From contig NC_088859.1 in the NCBI RefSeq assembly GCF_963853765.1, forward strand, positions 45,632,001 to 45,696,000: a stretch of DNA of 64,000 bases, in the 5' to 3' direction. This stretch comes from Magallana gigas. Lineage: Eukaryota. This document shows positions 1 to 13,700 of this stretch, in pieces; position 1 is the first letter of the stretch, and every line of letters begins with the position of its first letter. The position numbers and the translations under genes are program-made. The notes under the pieces were generated by a model, which was not told where the DNA came from, searched no databases, and saw only the letters and a program-made list of their open reading frames with translations.

Positions 1-2523
1 GTCTTATTTTTTAATCTTAAAATAATAATTATATCAGTAGAAATTCATGTAAAAAGTTTCATCCAAAAATCTAGGGCAGAACAAATTAGACCCGGCCTCG
101 TTAATATGATGGTAAATCCTTAAAAAATATGGAAAGTATTTATGTTTATAAAACGATTCTTTGCAGACTGAATTTGTGAAATCATCTGTAAATGTCTTCT
201 TAAGCTTAATGTACAAGTGCATGTATGACTGTTCAATAAAACAGTTATGCATATGAAATACATTTTATTTCTGCAGACTAAAGTTGGTGTGGTTGTCTAT
301 CATTTACTATTATGTGAATGTATTGTAATGTGCATGTACACATATGGTTATTCAAGAAATTAATTTCAGTGTTCAAGTTTAAAAAAAAAAAAACATTTGT
401 CTATAAGATGTGTTCATATACAAACCATCTAAAACAACTAAAAAATATCTGTATTTTTTCATATTCAATTTTTTGAGTGTGGAATGGAATGTTAAGATCT
501 CAGAGAATCTAATGAATTTTAACTCACGGATAAATAAACATATTAAGTTCATGTATACACACCAACCAATAGTATTCTCCGTTTGTAAATCACAAACTTA
601 CCGAAATCAAATTAATATAAATGTTGGTTTTGTGGTAAACAGGTATTTCAATTGACGCACGGTCATTTGCATTCTGTGTATTTCCTTCACAAAAGACAAG
701 ACCACATTGATCAAATAATAGAACCCCTTACCAAAACTAAATAAAACACATTCATTGTAGACCCTACTCTAGGGATGCTGCTCTACATACTGCGTTAATT
801 AGTCGTAAGGAAAATAATTAACAATACTAGTCAACACGGAATTCTTAATGAATAGTTAGCATGACGATATGGTGTACTATTCCATTCTATTTTGTTCCTG
901 TTCTATCATTCACGTGTAACCTTGTGTGATATACTGTGACTGTCAGACGCGACGAAAACTTGTTTTCAAATTTTAAGCAAAGTTTCAAGGTTTTCAATGC
1001 ATCTATTTTTATCAATACTTAGTCTAAAGAATCTGCATTATTTGAAGGTTGTTCTATATCTTTGATTGATAATTTCTTTCAAGTGTAATCTTGCATGTTT
1101 ATTGTTTCAACATTTGTACTTTTTATGCAGTGCCAATCTATCAATTTTATGACTTTACCAATACGCTTAATCATGGATTTTGAAGTTTATAATATTGGTA
1201 ATAAAATCACTATAAGTGATAACAAAAGTTTTCATTGTAGTCGAGCCGTTTCTATCTTGATTTAAACACAAGGTTAAGGTTAAAAAAATCTGTGTTTTTC
1301 ATTTGCAAAACAACATGAGCCAATATAGACATATTATAAACAGACAGTTCCCTAGTTTACAGACGGAAACTGGTTTTAGTTTTTAATCAGGAATCATTAA
1401 TTGCATTATTTATTGCATTTTTTATTGCATGCTGAACCATTCATTAGTCATGGGGATATATCAACAGTTTTATCTTATTAATTCCACATAAATATGAATA
1501 TTACAAGATTTGTGTGAACCAGCTGAAAGACTAGACTGGTACCAACATGATTTTATTGAAAATATCTTAGATATGATTCATTACAGATCAAATAATCAAC
1601 CTTGCTAACTTTTCATTTCAAAATCATAAGGACATCTATGAAGTTATTGCCAAAAGTCTTCGAATAAATTAGTTTGATGTGTTTTGTCCTTGATTTTGTA
1701 AAGCATTTGATTTCCTTGACCCACTGATGCACTTTTTGCACTAACATGTCCTCTTCTTTGTGAATTGAGTGTATGCGTATTCCTTTGAAACAGACGATTT
1801 GATCAAATGATTTTTTAACTTCTGTTTTTGTCTTATAAATAAACAACACTATACATTGCAAAAAGAATTGAAATAACCACTTCATAACTCGACGATACTG
1901 CCAACTGCAAAATATAAGCATTCTTATAATATGAGAAATCCTTGTAAAATATTGTTGTCGTTGTTGCTTAAATTAAAAGCAATGACATGTAAATACAATT
2001 TAAACTAATTCAATATCTTTATAAATACTATTATCAACAAAAGAAAGATAGATTAGATTGAAACTTACACCAATACAACACATATGTAAAAAAAAAATGA
2101 CAATATTGAGCTTTGTTTACAAAACAAAGAATTCAAATTTTGACATAGCATGATAAACTTTTATATTTATCAGTATAAACAATGAAAATGGAAAAATAAA
2201 ATGTTAAGCCAAATCGTGCCCACGTCCCTTTAATGTTTTCTTGTTTAATTGTACGAATTAATTGTTTACTATCCAGCCTCTTAAAACTAACGATTGCATA
2301 GTAAAAGACTGCCGTTTTTTTTGCTATGCACAAATATTAGAAATTTGGAAATGAGTAAAGTTGCATTGATGAAGGAATAAAGAATAACTCAAAGAACAGG
2401 AAGAACTTCTTTAAAGTACAATAATATTTCTTACTCATATACTTTGTAATCAATATAAAGGATGTGCCCTTTTTTGATTTCCATATTTTTTTTATCCAAG
2501 TGACTGAGTACTTGTTGACATAA

Positions 2524-3609
2524 CTTTCGTGGCCGTAGAATGCGTTAATGATTTTTATGTTTGAATTATTTACTGATTTTTAACATTTCTGAAATAGTAT
2601 CTATATTTCCGACAAATTCCTGAATAATTTCAGTGGTATCGTCCGTTACATTATAATTGTCCGTTACATTTGTTGATTATTTATGTATAGGCCTATTAAT
2701 TATTGTACCCATCTTTAACAATATTTTATTTTCGCATGGAATCTTGATCTAACATGTTTAGAGTGGATCCGAATTTTAATTTTAAAAGTTCTTTTTACTA
2801 ACATAAGAAAATTTCTTTTTAAATATTTTAGAATTTACTTTTGAATAAAATCAATAACATTCATTGTCAATTTAAACCATCTCTATGTGCGAACAGGTCA
2901 AAGAGCATTACTTTTACTAAGTAAAAGAATTGTAGTTGTTTGCTAGTTTTAAAATCTAATTATTACCTTTATTAAGTTTTTATTAACTTGTTCAATATTT
3001 CATGGTATTTATGTATATTTATTACTAAATATTGAGACTTGAACATTTCACTAAATTGTTGTTGTTGGGGGAGGGGGGGGGGGGGCGATATATTCATTAC
3101 TTAATAAAATCTACTAGAAAGACTCGTTCGTTTATTTCTCAACACAATATGGAATAATTTTGTAGTTCTTGCAAATATGTACTCCGGTTCTTCGGCAAAA
3201 TGATAATTGTACATTATACCAGGTATATTGGGCAAGATTCCCACTCTGTTTACAATCATACTTAATAAAACAAATATTGAAGCTTGCGCTATTCAGAATA
3301 ATTGAAAATATTTCTTTGATTAGTTGTATTCTTTGTTAACCATTCTTCATCATTAATGCCACATTGCTTTAAGTTATGTACCAAAATATATTCTTAAAAA
3401 CTTTGATAAAAATGATATGCAAAAATAACCGATTTCTACGATCCTAGACTCGCTTATTTTGACACAAGCAACAGACATTCAGAATACAATGGGTCAGACT
3501 GTAATTATTAATAATGTTGATCATTTAGAAAAAATATTTTAGAAATTTTAACAATTCAGAAATAAGCGAAGTAAATGGCGATCATTATCGCATTCTACGA
3601 TCACTAAGG
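2524..3609. mobile_element. Degenerate TTAA-type (piggyBac-like) MITE
   Basis: 29-bp terminal inverted match (24/29) around a CGTAGAATGCG core. Flanks are ATAA (2520-2523) and TTAA (3610-3613). The right end reads TTAA-CCTT on the minus strand. Confidence 0.5.
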
Positions 3610-6600
3610 TTAAAAGTTAATATATATAAAGTCACTTGATTGCCATTAGTAATAAAATAATCAAAAAGGGCAAAACCCATATTATGATTAATATGCACTC
3701 GAGTAAGAAAATTATCGTACTCTATTTGGTTTTGAAAATTTCTTCCTGTTCATGGTATAATCACCGTTTATTTGATTTCATTTCCTGTATCAGTTCAACT
3801 TGACCCAGACTGTATGGCAAAGTTAATGCTAATATGACGTCTTTTTCAACAGGCAATCGTAAAAGAAAGAGACAAGGTGGTAAAGAATATATTACTAGAT
3901 TTATTAAACAAGTATTTACTTTAAATAACATCTTGGAACAGGTTATAAAAGTCCATTTCGTTAAATATCATTTTTGTTACAAAAATATGAACGTAGTTCA
4001 GATTCATAAAACCATATTTTGTTCAAATGCAGAGCCAAAATTTAAGAGTTCGCCTATTATGGTTGCAGAGTTAAAGCAAAGAATTAATTTAAATGATAAG
4101 GCAAAAGACAGCTAGACAGCAAATATGACTTGAACATCTTTGGAGGAGGTCCATTATTTGCTGTAAATATGTACCTTAGTCTGCAATAAAATGGTTATAA
4201 TCCAAGCTTTGTAAACAAATTCCCTAATTGTGCTCTATACAAATAAAATTTAACATTGAAATTTTATTTGTTCGTCTGATATGCTTCTTAATATCAAATT
4301 GCTATTCGTATATTGGAAAGGCTTCTATTTCTATTATTCTGGCATAATATTCAATTACGCTTTTGTAACGATGTTATATCATGCATGTATGCATGTCCCT
4401 CTGGCGATAGGTTTCTGAGAATTGTTTACATATGCTTCTGTGTAGCTCCCTGTTAGTTTATAATGAATAAACTGAACTTAAATTGAGCCAAAACTGGACA
4501 TCGTCATCACAAAATGTAAGGTTTTTCAAACCTTTTTTCTACTCTTATCGTTCAGTCTAAGTGACTCAGAAATATAAGAAAGTAATGTAGAATAGTATTC
4601 TCATAAACACTGCTGCTTACGTGCGGTTTTTTGTACCCATTTCTTAAAAATACATGCTACCAAATATAATTGATTAACATTACCATAAATATGTTATCAC
4701 TTTGCTGATCTTTTAAAAAAGGTTTAAAGCAAATCTCTTTAAGCTAAAGAAAGGTTGAATGTGATGCAAAAATCTGGTATTCAATGGTATTTTCTTAAAA
4801 CTTGTGGTAAAAATGACAGTCGGATGTAAAAAGATGAATATCAATAACATATACTTGCAAATGAGTTCTGTTAGGAGAACATGTAGTGAATACTTGCGAT
4901 AGATATGTTATGCTTTTTATGATAGTTTGTTCTAAACAGTGCAATAATATGAATAGTTTTTAAATTGAAAGTATTTTTGAGAATAGATATCCAATATTTC
5001 CAGAAATCGATCTTTATATAGCACGACCCAGTCCTTGCTCGGGAGGGTACTAGCAACCACAACTAACGCATGAGATAGAACTGATATTACAAAAAACAAC
5101 CTAGCGTTACTTCCACAAGCATCGCTTGTTAGACAACTTATTAGTTAAGAACAAAGGAGATGATACTTCAAAAATGCCAGACTTTACAAAAGATGATAGA
5201 CTTTACAAAAACGTCTGCTTTAAGCTCATTGAGATCCACGGTGTACTATTTTTACTGAGCTATTCATCAGAAGTAAACGTGTCTATAATGGTGTCAGGCA
5301 CAAGTTAATACATGCTCCCGATCAACACTAAAATCCTGATCTGGAGGGGAAGAATTATGAATTTAGTTATATGCTTTTTGAAAAGCTTTTTTAAAGTTTT
5401 CTACAGGCAAAATTTAGCGATACAGAAAGTATTTTAATACCTATATTTTGAATTATTGTATAAAAAAAATCATTGCTAATGTTGTAATTTTTTGATATTA
5501 AAGCCGTTAAAGTATATCATATCTTAAAAATGAAGACAACATGCTTTCTAAATAATGTGAAATTTGCTGTTCCAATTCAATCCTTATTAACAGAACTTGA
5601 GTGAAATCAAGACGCAAGTTTACCACGGTTAAAATATTCACAATTATGTAGTCCGTAAAACATAAATTATAAAATAATTCGAACTTGTTTATCTAACACC
5701 AATGCGTAACCTCAGGCATAGTTTAAAACCAGTTGCATTCTACATGTCCATGTAGCGACTAGAAAAATCACAAGGTTGTGAATATCCAACTTCATTGTTC
5801 TTTAGATATTTCAATACCCATTTCTGATATTTTGCGTAGATTTTTATTCGAAAGCTGATTTTTTGGAAAATGATGACGTTTTTGAGATTGTTGTTTTTCA
5901 AACACCACCCCTCGTGAATTTTGAAATATCGAACCCTAAGGCTTCTATGTACTTCAGACATATCTAGTAATTACCGCTCTCTACAATTTGATTTGTTCTT
6001 CCATACGCCAAATAATTCAAGCTTTCTAAATCAAACCAAAACTCCGCCATTTGTTGGGGAGAGAGCCGTCAGTCGCTGCCTGGAAGTTGTCACTGTCCTC
6101 ACCGCAATATCATTACAGAAATATCAATGTAGACCCCCCATCCAATTCTGGCGTCAAACAATAGATCGAACAAGCATTCTCTGCAAAGTCTGCACAAGAA
6201 ACGGAAAAAGGAAATTGAGAGGATGTAGATACTTTTCTTAAACAATGCAATTTGCAAACAGTTAATTACCTAGGAAGAGGTCAATCTGATCTATTAAAGA
6301 AAGCATATTTTTGTGAGTCCTCTTTTGTCGATGCATAATCTATAATGGTTGCGGGTTCTATATTTATGAGCATAATTGAAATGAATGTTCAAATTCTCCT
6401 TGCAGAACCTGTCAGCTTAATCAATCAAAAAATCTTCATTAGATTATATTTAGCGTGGGATCATAAATCAAAAAAAAATGTTTTAATATCTGTGACATGC
6501 ACAGCCTATTTTCAAATATTAATCCTTTCATAATAAAATTAAGAATGTCAATGTTCTAGCTTTTGAAATATAAATAACTTTTCTTATGCATTCACAAAAT

Positions 6601-9600
6601 AATTTGGGTGAATTTGCTTTTGTAGATTTTCCCGTCCATACGAATAAATGCTAAAGACATTTATGAAATATACCACTAGACTCCGTGCTTTGTTGGTATT
6701 CTAACCAAGTAAAATTAATAAAATTCTGCCTACTACCTTTAATGGCAATAATAATCACCTTTATCAAAGGTTAATTAACATGTCAGTGGTTAAATCAATC
6801 GTTATGATTTAAAATTGGAATTTTATAAAAATCATCCAATCAATGTCTTGGAAGTGTTATGAACCAATCAACTACAAGTTACAAATTCAAATTGGAGTAC
6901 ACTACTGATTCATGGCCTGTTCGTGTCTTAGGTTCAAGAAGTATATACGGGCAACCCCCGTACAGTTGTGGATAAAAAATATGATACATCACGTGGTCAG
7001 CTAAATACACTTCAAATGCCAGTTTCCGTCATTTGAGAACATGTTAGGGAGAACACCCTTTTAAGCAAGTTATGTATCGGCAGCAAACTTTTTTATACAG
7101 AAAAGAACTGGCCTTCCTCATTCTTCAATAATGTAAATCTTCGACTGACAGTGTTTTCCTTTACAAGCGCTAAATTGGTTTTGCAGCAGTCACATTATGC
7201 CAAACTGAAGAAATATTGAATTATATATTTAGAAAGTTATGTCTTTGCAAATTCTTTGTCTCGCAACATTTTTAGAGAAATTGCAAAAAAAAGGAATTGA
7301 AAAGTTCAAAGCATCTGTAAATTATGGATGGGATAAAAATACAAGTTGGAATTGATTTATTGAAACCACATCATGAAGGAGGACTTCAACGAACTAATAT
7401 TATTTTATTCTTTAACCCTATCTTGACACGTATCCGATATGAATAAAAAATTAATAAATACTCAAAAAAGTTTTTAATCCGTAAGCAATGGTCTTCATTT
7501 GAAGGAAGCAACATAGAACACTAATCATATCAACAATTTGGGTGTTCTCGCGGTTTTTAAGTCAGAAACTTGTCTTGAAAACATATTTAAGGATATTTTC
7601 ATTTAAGCCATGTTGACGAAACCATCACGGATTTAAAAAAAATATTTAAATGCAGCCTTTTGTACATATATTGGTACAACTTAAGCAATGAATGATTGAT
7701 AAGGTATTACTCTTATTTGTGACTGTCTTCTATTTGTTGTAGGTAACTAGTTGTATACGTTAAAAATAAACAAACGTTTTGAAAAAAGTATCGTGTGAAA
7801 ACATTTTAACTTATTATGCCTAGACGATTTTCTATATATTTTACATTTTCTCTCATTACAAAACTTCTGGTACAAACATTTATTTGATTGCTGGGTGTAC
7901 GCAAAGAGCGAGCTATCAGAGTTGTTGCGATAATACTAAATCTCTGCTGCAAATACTTTTAAAAAATGCATTGATGATGTGGACTTTAATGCGAATCAAA
8001 ATCAACTCATAACTAAAAGTGTAAAATCCTTTGTATTGAAAATATTGATTAGACATTAATATCTTACTGTGTGCTATTTGATGTTACATTTACAAAAATA
8101 ATTATCATATGCATCATAGATCATTTAAAAAAAGTACACGTACTTTAACAAGTTTAAAAGTAAATTTGAATCCTATTTGTTTCTAAATGTTCATCCATTT
8201 TCAAAAATTCAGTGCAACCACTACACAAAGTGTGTGACATTTGACAATAAAAACAAAAAGTCACAAAGTAGGAGCGAGGTGCCGCCCTTTCTCTGACACT
8301 TAACATCACAGATCGGCAGGTAATTGGTTATGTCATGTCAGGCCTTTAATTGATTATTTACGTGTATAGATTATTTCACGATATTTCAAGGTTCTCCCGC
8401 ACACATGCGGTTAAGCATTTAAATAATTTTATACTCTTTTTTCTCAAACCCACGTGAATTGAAAAAATTAAAGAAAAACATATTTTTGAGATATGGCTTT
8501 TACTTTATGCTCTCGGAGTTGGTCAGAGACGATGCTCTGGCCGCAAACTGTTACCTAGTATTCCCTCATTCATAAAGTTATTTGAATGAAAGAGCAGCAG
8601 AGATGAGTCAGCTTTTAATTTCACAATATTCTTCATAAAAATATCAATGGCATTCATACAAGTGAATAGTAGGTCTTTTGTTTTCTAGGGAAAATGTCAC
8701 CGAGTTAATTCTGTTGTAAACGTGTTGCAGAATACTAGTAGCCAAATTTATACAACAATGAACGCCATTGCAACATAGCTGCACGCTAATCTAATACACG
8801 ATACATTTTAGAGACGATTTTGTCAATATCATATCTTGAGAAAACGCATTTTTTGCAAAAATACAAAGAGACCACGATTCAAGCTTTGTAGCCAATGAAC
8901 AAATCTTAAAGACGGTGATACTTTTTGCAAAATACTAGCTAATTGATGACATCTAGTACTATAAGTATCTGAATAAATATCTACATGAACTTTACAGAAG
9001 CCGTCAATTCTTCTCGTAGAAAAAATACATGCAAAACTAGCTTTTTAAGCTTTGTAACAAGAACATCTTAAAAGGCCAATTATTTTGTACCATCTAACTT
9101 GGCTTTTTTCTGCAGGTACAAATTTTTGCGCTTTCATTCTGAAAAAACAGACCTTATGTTTCGATTTATTATTTGCTGCTGAACTAATGAAAACCTTGAC
9201 TGCTAGTGCCTACTTTGCTTATAAGTTGACAGCACATTTAACAAAATTGTCAAACGCAAAAAAAATTCAGTAATACTGTACATGTATTGATATAGGACGA
9301 TTAAATAAAATATCAATCAATGGCCTACAGATTATTTCCTGGATTGTAAAATATGTTTTCCAAAAGTAAGCCAGACACCTCCTTTATATGAAATGCGAAT
9401 GCATTTTTTGGCTTTGTCCTTAGATCTTAGGTTCTATGGTTTTTGTGTCTTGAATTTAAAAGTTTTCTTTTCAAGCCAGACCTGTTTATTAAATTTCCAT
9501 ATAGTTTCTGCAAAACTTTGAAGAAAGTTAACATGTACATGCATAAAGTCAGACACACAAGGCTTTCAATTGGCGCAGTTGAGAAACTCAAGCATAAGCA

Positions 9601-10391
9601 AATGGGCGATGATTGTCGAACATTGTTCTAAAACACATGTATTGCAAACCAAATCTTCTGCAAGCTTATTTAAATAATGGTGATGCTCTCGTGGTTTTAT
9701 GGTCGGCTGCCCCAGTGATTCAGGCATGACCTAAATTGGTGATGATTGTGGAACATTGTTTTAAAATACATGTATTGCAAACCACAGCCTCTGCACACCT
9801 GTATAGGCAATAGTACGAAAGCCGAGAAGGATCATTCGAGATTCGAGATTCGAAATACGAGATTCGAAATACGAGATTCGAGATTCGAAATTCGAGATTC
9901 AATATCTAAATTAACCAATCAAATCATGGATCTGAAACCTGTATCCTAGCAACATCAAACTGTTCTAAAAAAAAGATCATTCGTACATGCTCTTTCCTTC
10001 AAATAAATGTCTTAATAGCTCTTATATAGTGGTTATAAAATGGTTAAATTAACATTGATGAATTAACCCCACACAGTATAAACAATTAAATTAGAAATAA
10101 CACTGTTGGCTTTGCAAATCTAAGTGGTTTTGTTTGCCCTGTATGTATTTCCCCCCGAACAATTTTAACCCGAAGTGTATTCGCCCCAACTGTGTAAAAA
10201 TCGGCTCGCGAAGAAAGATCTGTTTAATCTAAATGTTTTAGCTATGAAACGAAACTCAATGAAATAATCGACATGTCAAAATATAGGTTATGATAAAGTT
10301 TTAAACCATAGAAGATATAATGATTTACAACCTCAAAGACAAAAATCCAGATAAGAATAGTGTATTGTAGGGTATGGCAATGCCATTGTCG

Positions 10392-10395
<4 letters not shown>

Positions 10396-10459
<64 letters not shown>

Positions 10460-10468
10460 CAGAGAGAG
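10396..10468. repeat. Compound microsatellite (GA)n(GACA)n
   Basis: Directly visible. Confidence 0.97.
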
Positions 10469-10629
10469 TTTTGTAGTGTCAAATTCAGTTTAATTTAGAA
10501 TTTGCAATTGATTTGATTTGTTACAAGCATATATAGACAATAATTAAGCCTCTAAAACGAGAAAAGAGAGGAGGTAGCTAGGGTAGGGCAGACCAACTAG
10601 CAAGCTTTAATTTTAACGGTGTTAGCGCA

Positions 10630-10766
10630 NNNNNNNNNNNNNNNNNNNNNNNNNNNNNNNNNNNNNNNNNNNNNNNNNNNNNNNNNNNNNNNNNNNNNNN
10701 NNNNNNNNNNNNNNNNNNNNNNNNNNNNNNNNNNNNNNNNNNNNNNNNNNNNNNNNNNNNNNNNNN
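10630..10766. other. Assembly gap (137 N)
   Basis: Run of N. Confidence 1.
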
Positions 10767-13700
10767 TCCGTAAGGGGTTTGGGGTATTTGTGATGTCTTA
10801 CATTAGCTAGCGAAAATGATAAAAAAACATGAAATTTCTTTAAATTGTGTGCGGATGTTGTACGCCAATAATCTGTTTTCAGTATATACATTTCAAGAGG
10901 GGGGGGGGGGGGGGCTATATAGTCCTAATTAATTTGTCAGTTATTCTGTCCCCACTTTGTTTTCTCTTCGTTTTCCAGGTTTTTTTTATTTGGCTCGGCA
11001 AATTAATATAAAACTTTCTGTGTAGCTCAATAACGATGCACTGTAGATAAATTATGAGTAGTTTTACTTTTGATAAACAGGTACATATCCGTACTTGAAT
11101 TTTAATTTGACTCTTTTAATCGGATTTAATATTCCAATAATTATAGGGTAGGAAAGAGTAGACGGGACTTTTTTGCGCATATCCTGCTGTACCATTCATT
11201 CAACACAGGTATTAGCACTCATCGAGTTCGACTTGCTTTCCTTTTCTTACATCCACTGGATTTAAAGCTTTTAATTTTTGAAAATATTTTGAATTTATGG
11301 CCTGATTATATATAAATTAGAGCTGCGCTACCCAAATGGACCAAAATATAACCAAATGAATCTAAAATTTTTGACAAAATTAGTTTTAAACGTACGACTC
11401 TTTTTCAATTCTAATCGGGTATGTCCTTTAGAAAAATCTTGAACCACACACATTTTAGCAAATAAAACGGCAATTGTTTCATTTTTTTAAGGGGAGGGAG
11501 GTGGTGCCGGTAAAGGACATGTATTGCTTGTGGCAGTTGTGCTATACTCTCATTTGTTATAATAGGTAATACTACATATTGATAAAAAATGAAAGTTTCC
11601 AATTACACTGTACATAGCTTCTATCACGCATTTTGACCCGTGCGATAGTTTAAAACAATTTTCAAAGCATTTAATGTAATTCAACCGATCATTTTTGAAA
11701 TTTAATTTTCTGGATCCCCGCCTGATACGTCCGCCTTCTTGTATATTAGAATTACATGTACGTTGACCATATGTAGACATAAACTTAATCGGCTATGTTA
11801 TGGGACGATAACATTTTTTATCAATGTTTTTGCAGGATATGTAACAAATAACAGCCTATTTGTGGGTTTTTTGCACTGATTATTTGAGATAATTTGCCGC
11901 CATCGTTTATGCATTCTACACACCACTCACCGTTTCTTTATTTGGTGTTCTGTGTGTATAGCGACAAATTGGTAAATTTGCACCACTCACCCCTTGTAGC
12001 TTCATCCTGATTACATTTTATCTGGCTAAGTGTAATGTAGTAGTATATTAAATACACACATCTTTGTTTGCAGTGCTTATTTACATCTTTAGAGATTTAC
12101 TTACAAAAAAAGTAAACATTTGTATGACTTATATGTAATTATTGTCAATTTTGGTGCGGTGGGGGGTAGGGGGGTAGGAAACTACAGAGAAACTTAACTT
12201 GGCTGTGAAACATATGCTTTTATTCTTTCTTGTTGATATATCAATGAATGAATTATAACAAAATATATGTACAACAATTAATTTTGAAATATTCATGCAC
12301 AATCAAATAAAAGGTTTTACTGTTCTCTGCACAAGAAATCGGCAATGTGAACAAATTGGCACCCTATCATCCCTACCTTTAATTGTAGAGAGTAGGTATC
12401 CTTCTATATTGAAAACAATTCCAAAAGTAAGACTCATAATAAGTTGTTTACTGAGGAAAAGGAAAAAAAATGTATTTATTAATAATTCCGTATGATGTGA
12501 TAATATCTCAATGATTTGTTCATAATCATAGTACTAGTGTATCACTGTATGCATACATAAAAACGATAAGTAATGCTTATATTTATTAGTGAAACGAAAC
12601 AGATTATTTATATTTAGATTATTTAGATACATGTACTAATCTTCATGCGGGGATCTAGAAAGGAGGGGGTCAGGGGATCTGGACCCCCTCCTCGGGAAAA
12701 TTGGAGCTTATTAAATTTACATAGTAAAATTTTTTAAAATTGGCCTAGGACCCCCTACAGAAAAAATTAGCTACGCTTATGAAGTTCTCTACCATAACCG
12801 CATTTTTACACAAAAGGGGTGAATAAACCCGGGTTTTAAACTATTACTGGTGGTGAAATACCTTAGGGTTCAAACGCATCAGGTGGAAATGCACCGGGGC
12901 AAACAAAATCAATTAGATCCGCGAAGCACACTGCATTATTACTAGTCTACTAAGATATTCTGTGTAAAAGTAAATACAAATAATTATTTAGTTAGGTAGG
13001 GAGAAGTGAACATAGCATTTATTTGTACATAAGAGCATGTACGTATGATTTTTATTTAGAACAGTTTGATGTCGCTAGGATACATATTTTCAGATCCTTG
13101 ATTTGATTGGTTAATTTAGATATTGAATCTCGAATTTCGAATCTCGAATCTCGTATTTCGAATCTCGTATTTCGAATCTCGAATCTCGAATGATCCTTCT
13201 CGGCTTTCGTACAATAGGGTGATGGTTTCATGGAGTTTTACAGCAGCAGGATAATTAGAAATCAGTCACTGTACACTCTGACCTTCACGTGCTGGGCTTA
13301 ACACCAGTGGTAGAGCACCCTTCAACAGGTACGCTCGATGCCACCTTTTCGTGCACAACATGATTTCGTCTTCCTGGACATACATCAAAAGGGAGTCACT
13401 GATTAACACGAATGTTTAATTGCGGCTTAAATTAACTCCTTATTAAATCCATATTGCAAAATAATTGTGAGATTTCCTTTATTTTTCTATGACGTCATCC
13501 TGTGCATTCATTGGTAATTATAATTGCAGATGTATAAAATATGCATGGGTTGATATTACATGAGTGTGAGTGATATTTAGATCATCACCCAGTTATTTAG
13601 ATTGTTAATTGTCAACTTTAAAAGGATTCCATTCCATACTGGTCTGTATTTCAATGAAGCTTACAAAAAAGCAAAATTGGTTTAAATGAAGATACCATGT

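Larger units (their letters stand above)
9814..13211. mobile_element. Non-autonomous TIR DNA transposon (~3.4 kb, ~196-bp TIRs, 6-bp TSD CAATAG), IS3EU-like termini
   Basis: 9814-10009 and 13016-13211 are inverted copies (outer ~110 bp identical), each holding nine 7-mer units TTCGAGA/TTCGAAA/TACGAGA. CAATAG flanks both ends (9808-9813, 13212-13217). Termini are TAC..GTA. No transposase ORF inside. Confidence 0.9.

Noticed and set aside
34-9300. Short ORFs of 60-106 aa in the first 9 kb (e.g. 1613-1921, 5126-5308, 5921-6241)
   Set aside because: No recognisable domains, no consistent splice chain, and lengths expected by chance with alternative start codons.
13292-13330. tRNA-like CAGTGGTAGAGCA
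   Set aside because: No B box or cloverleaf nearby.
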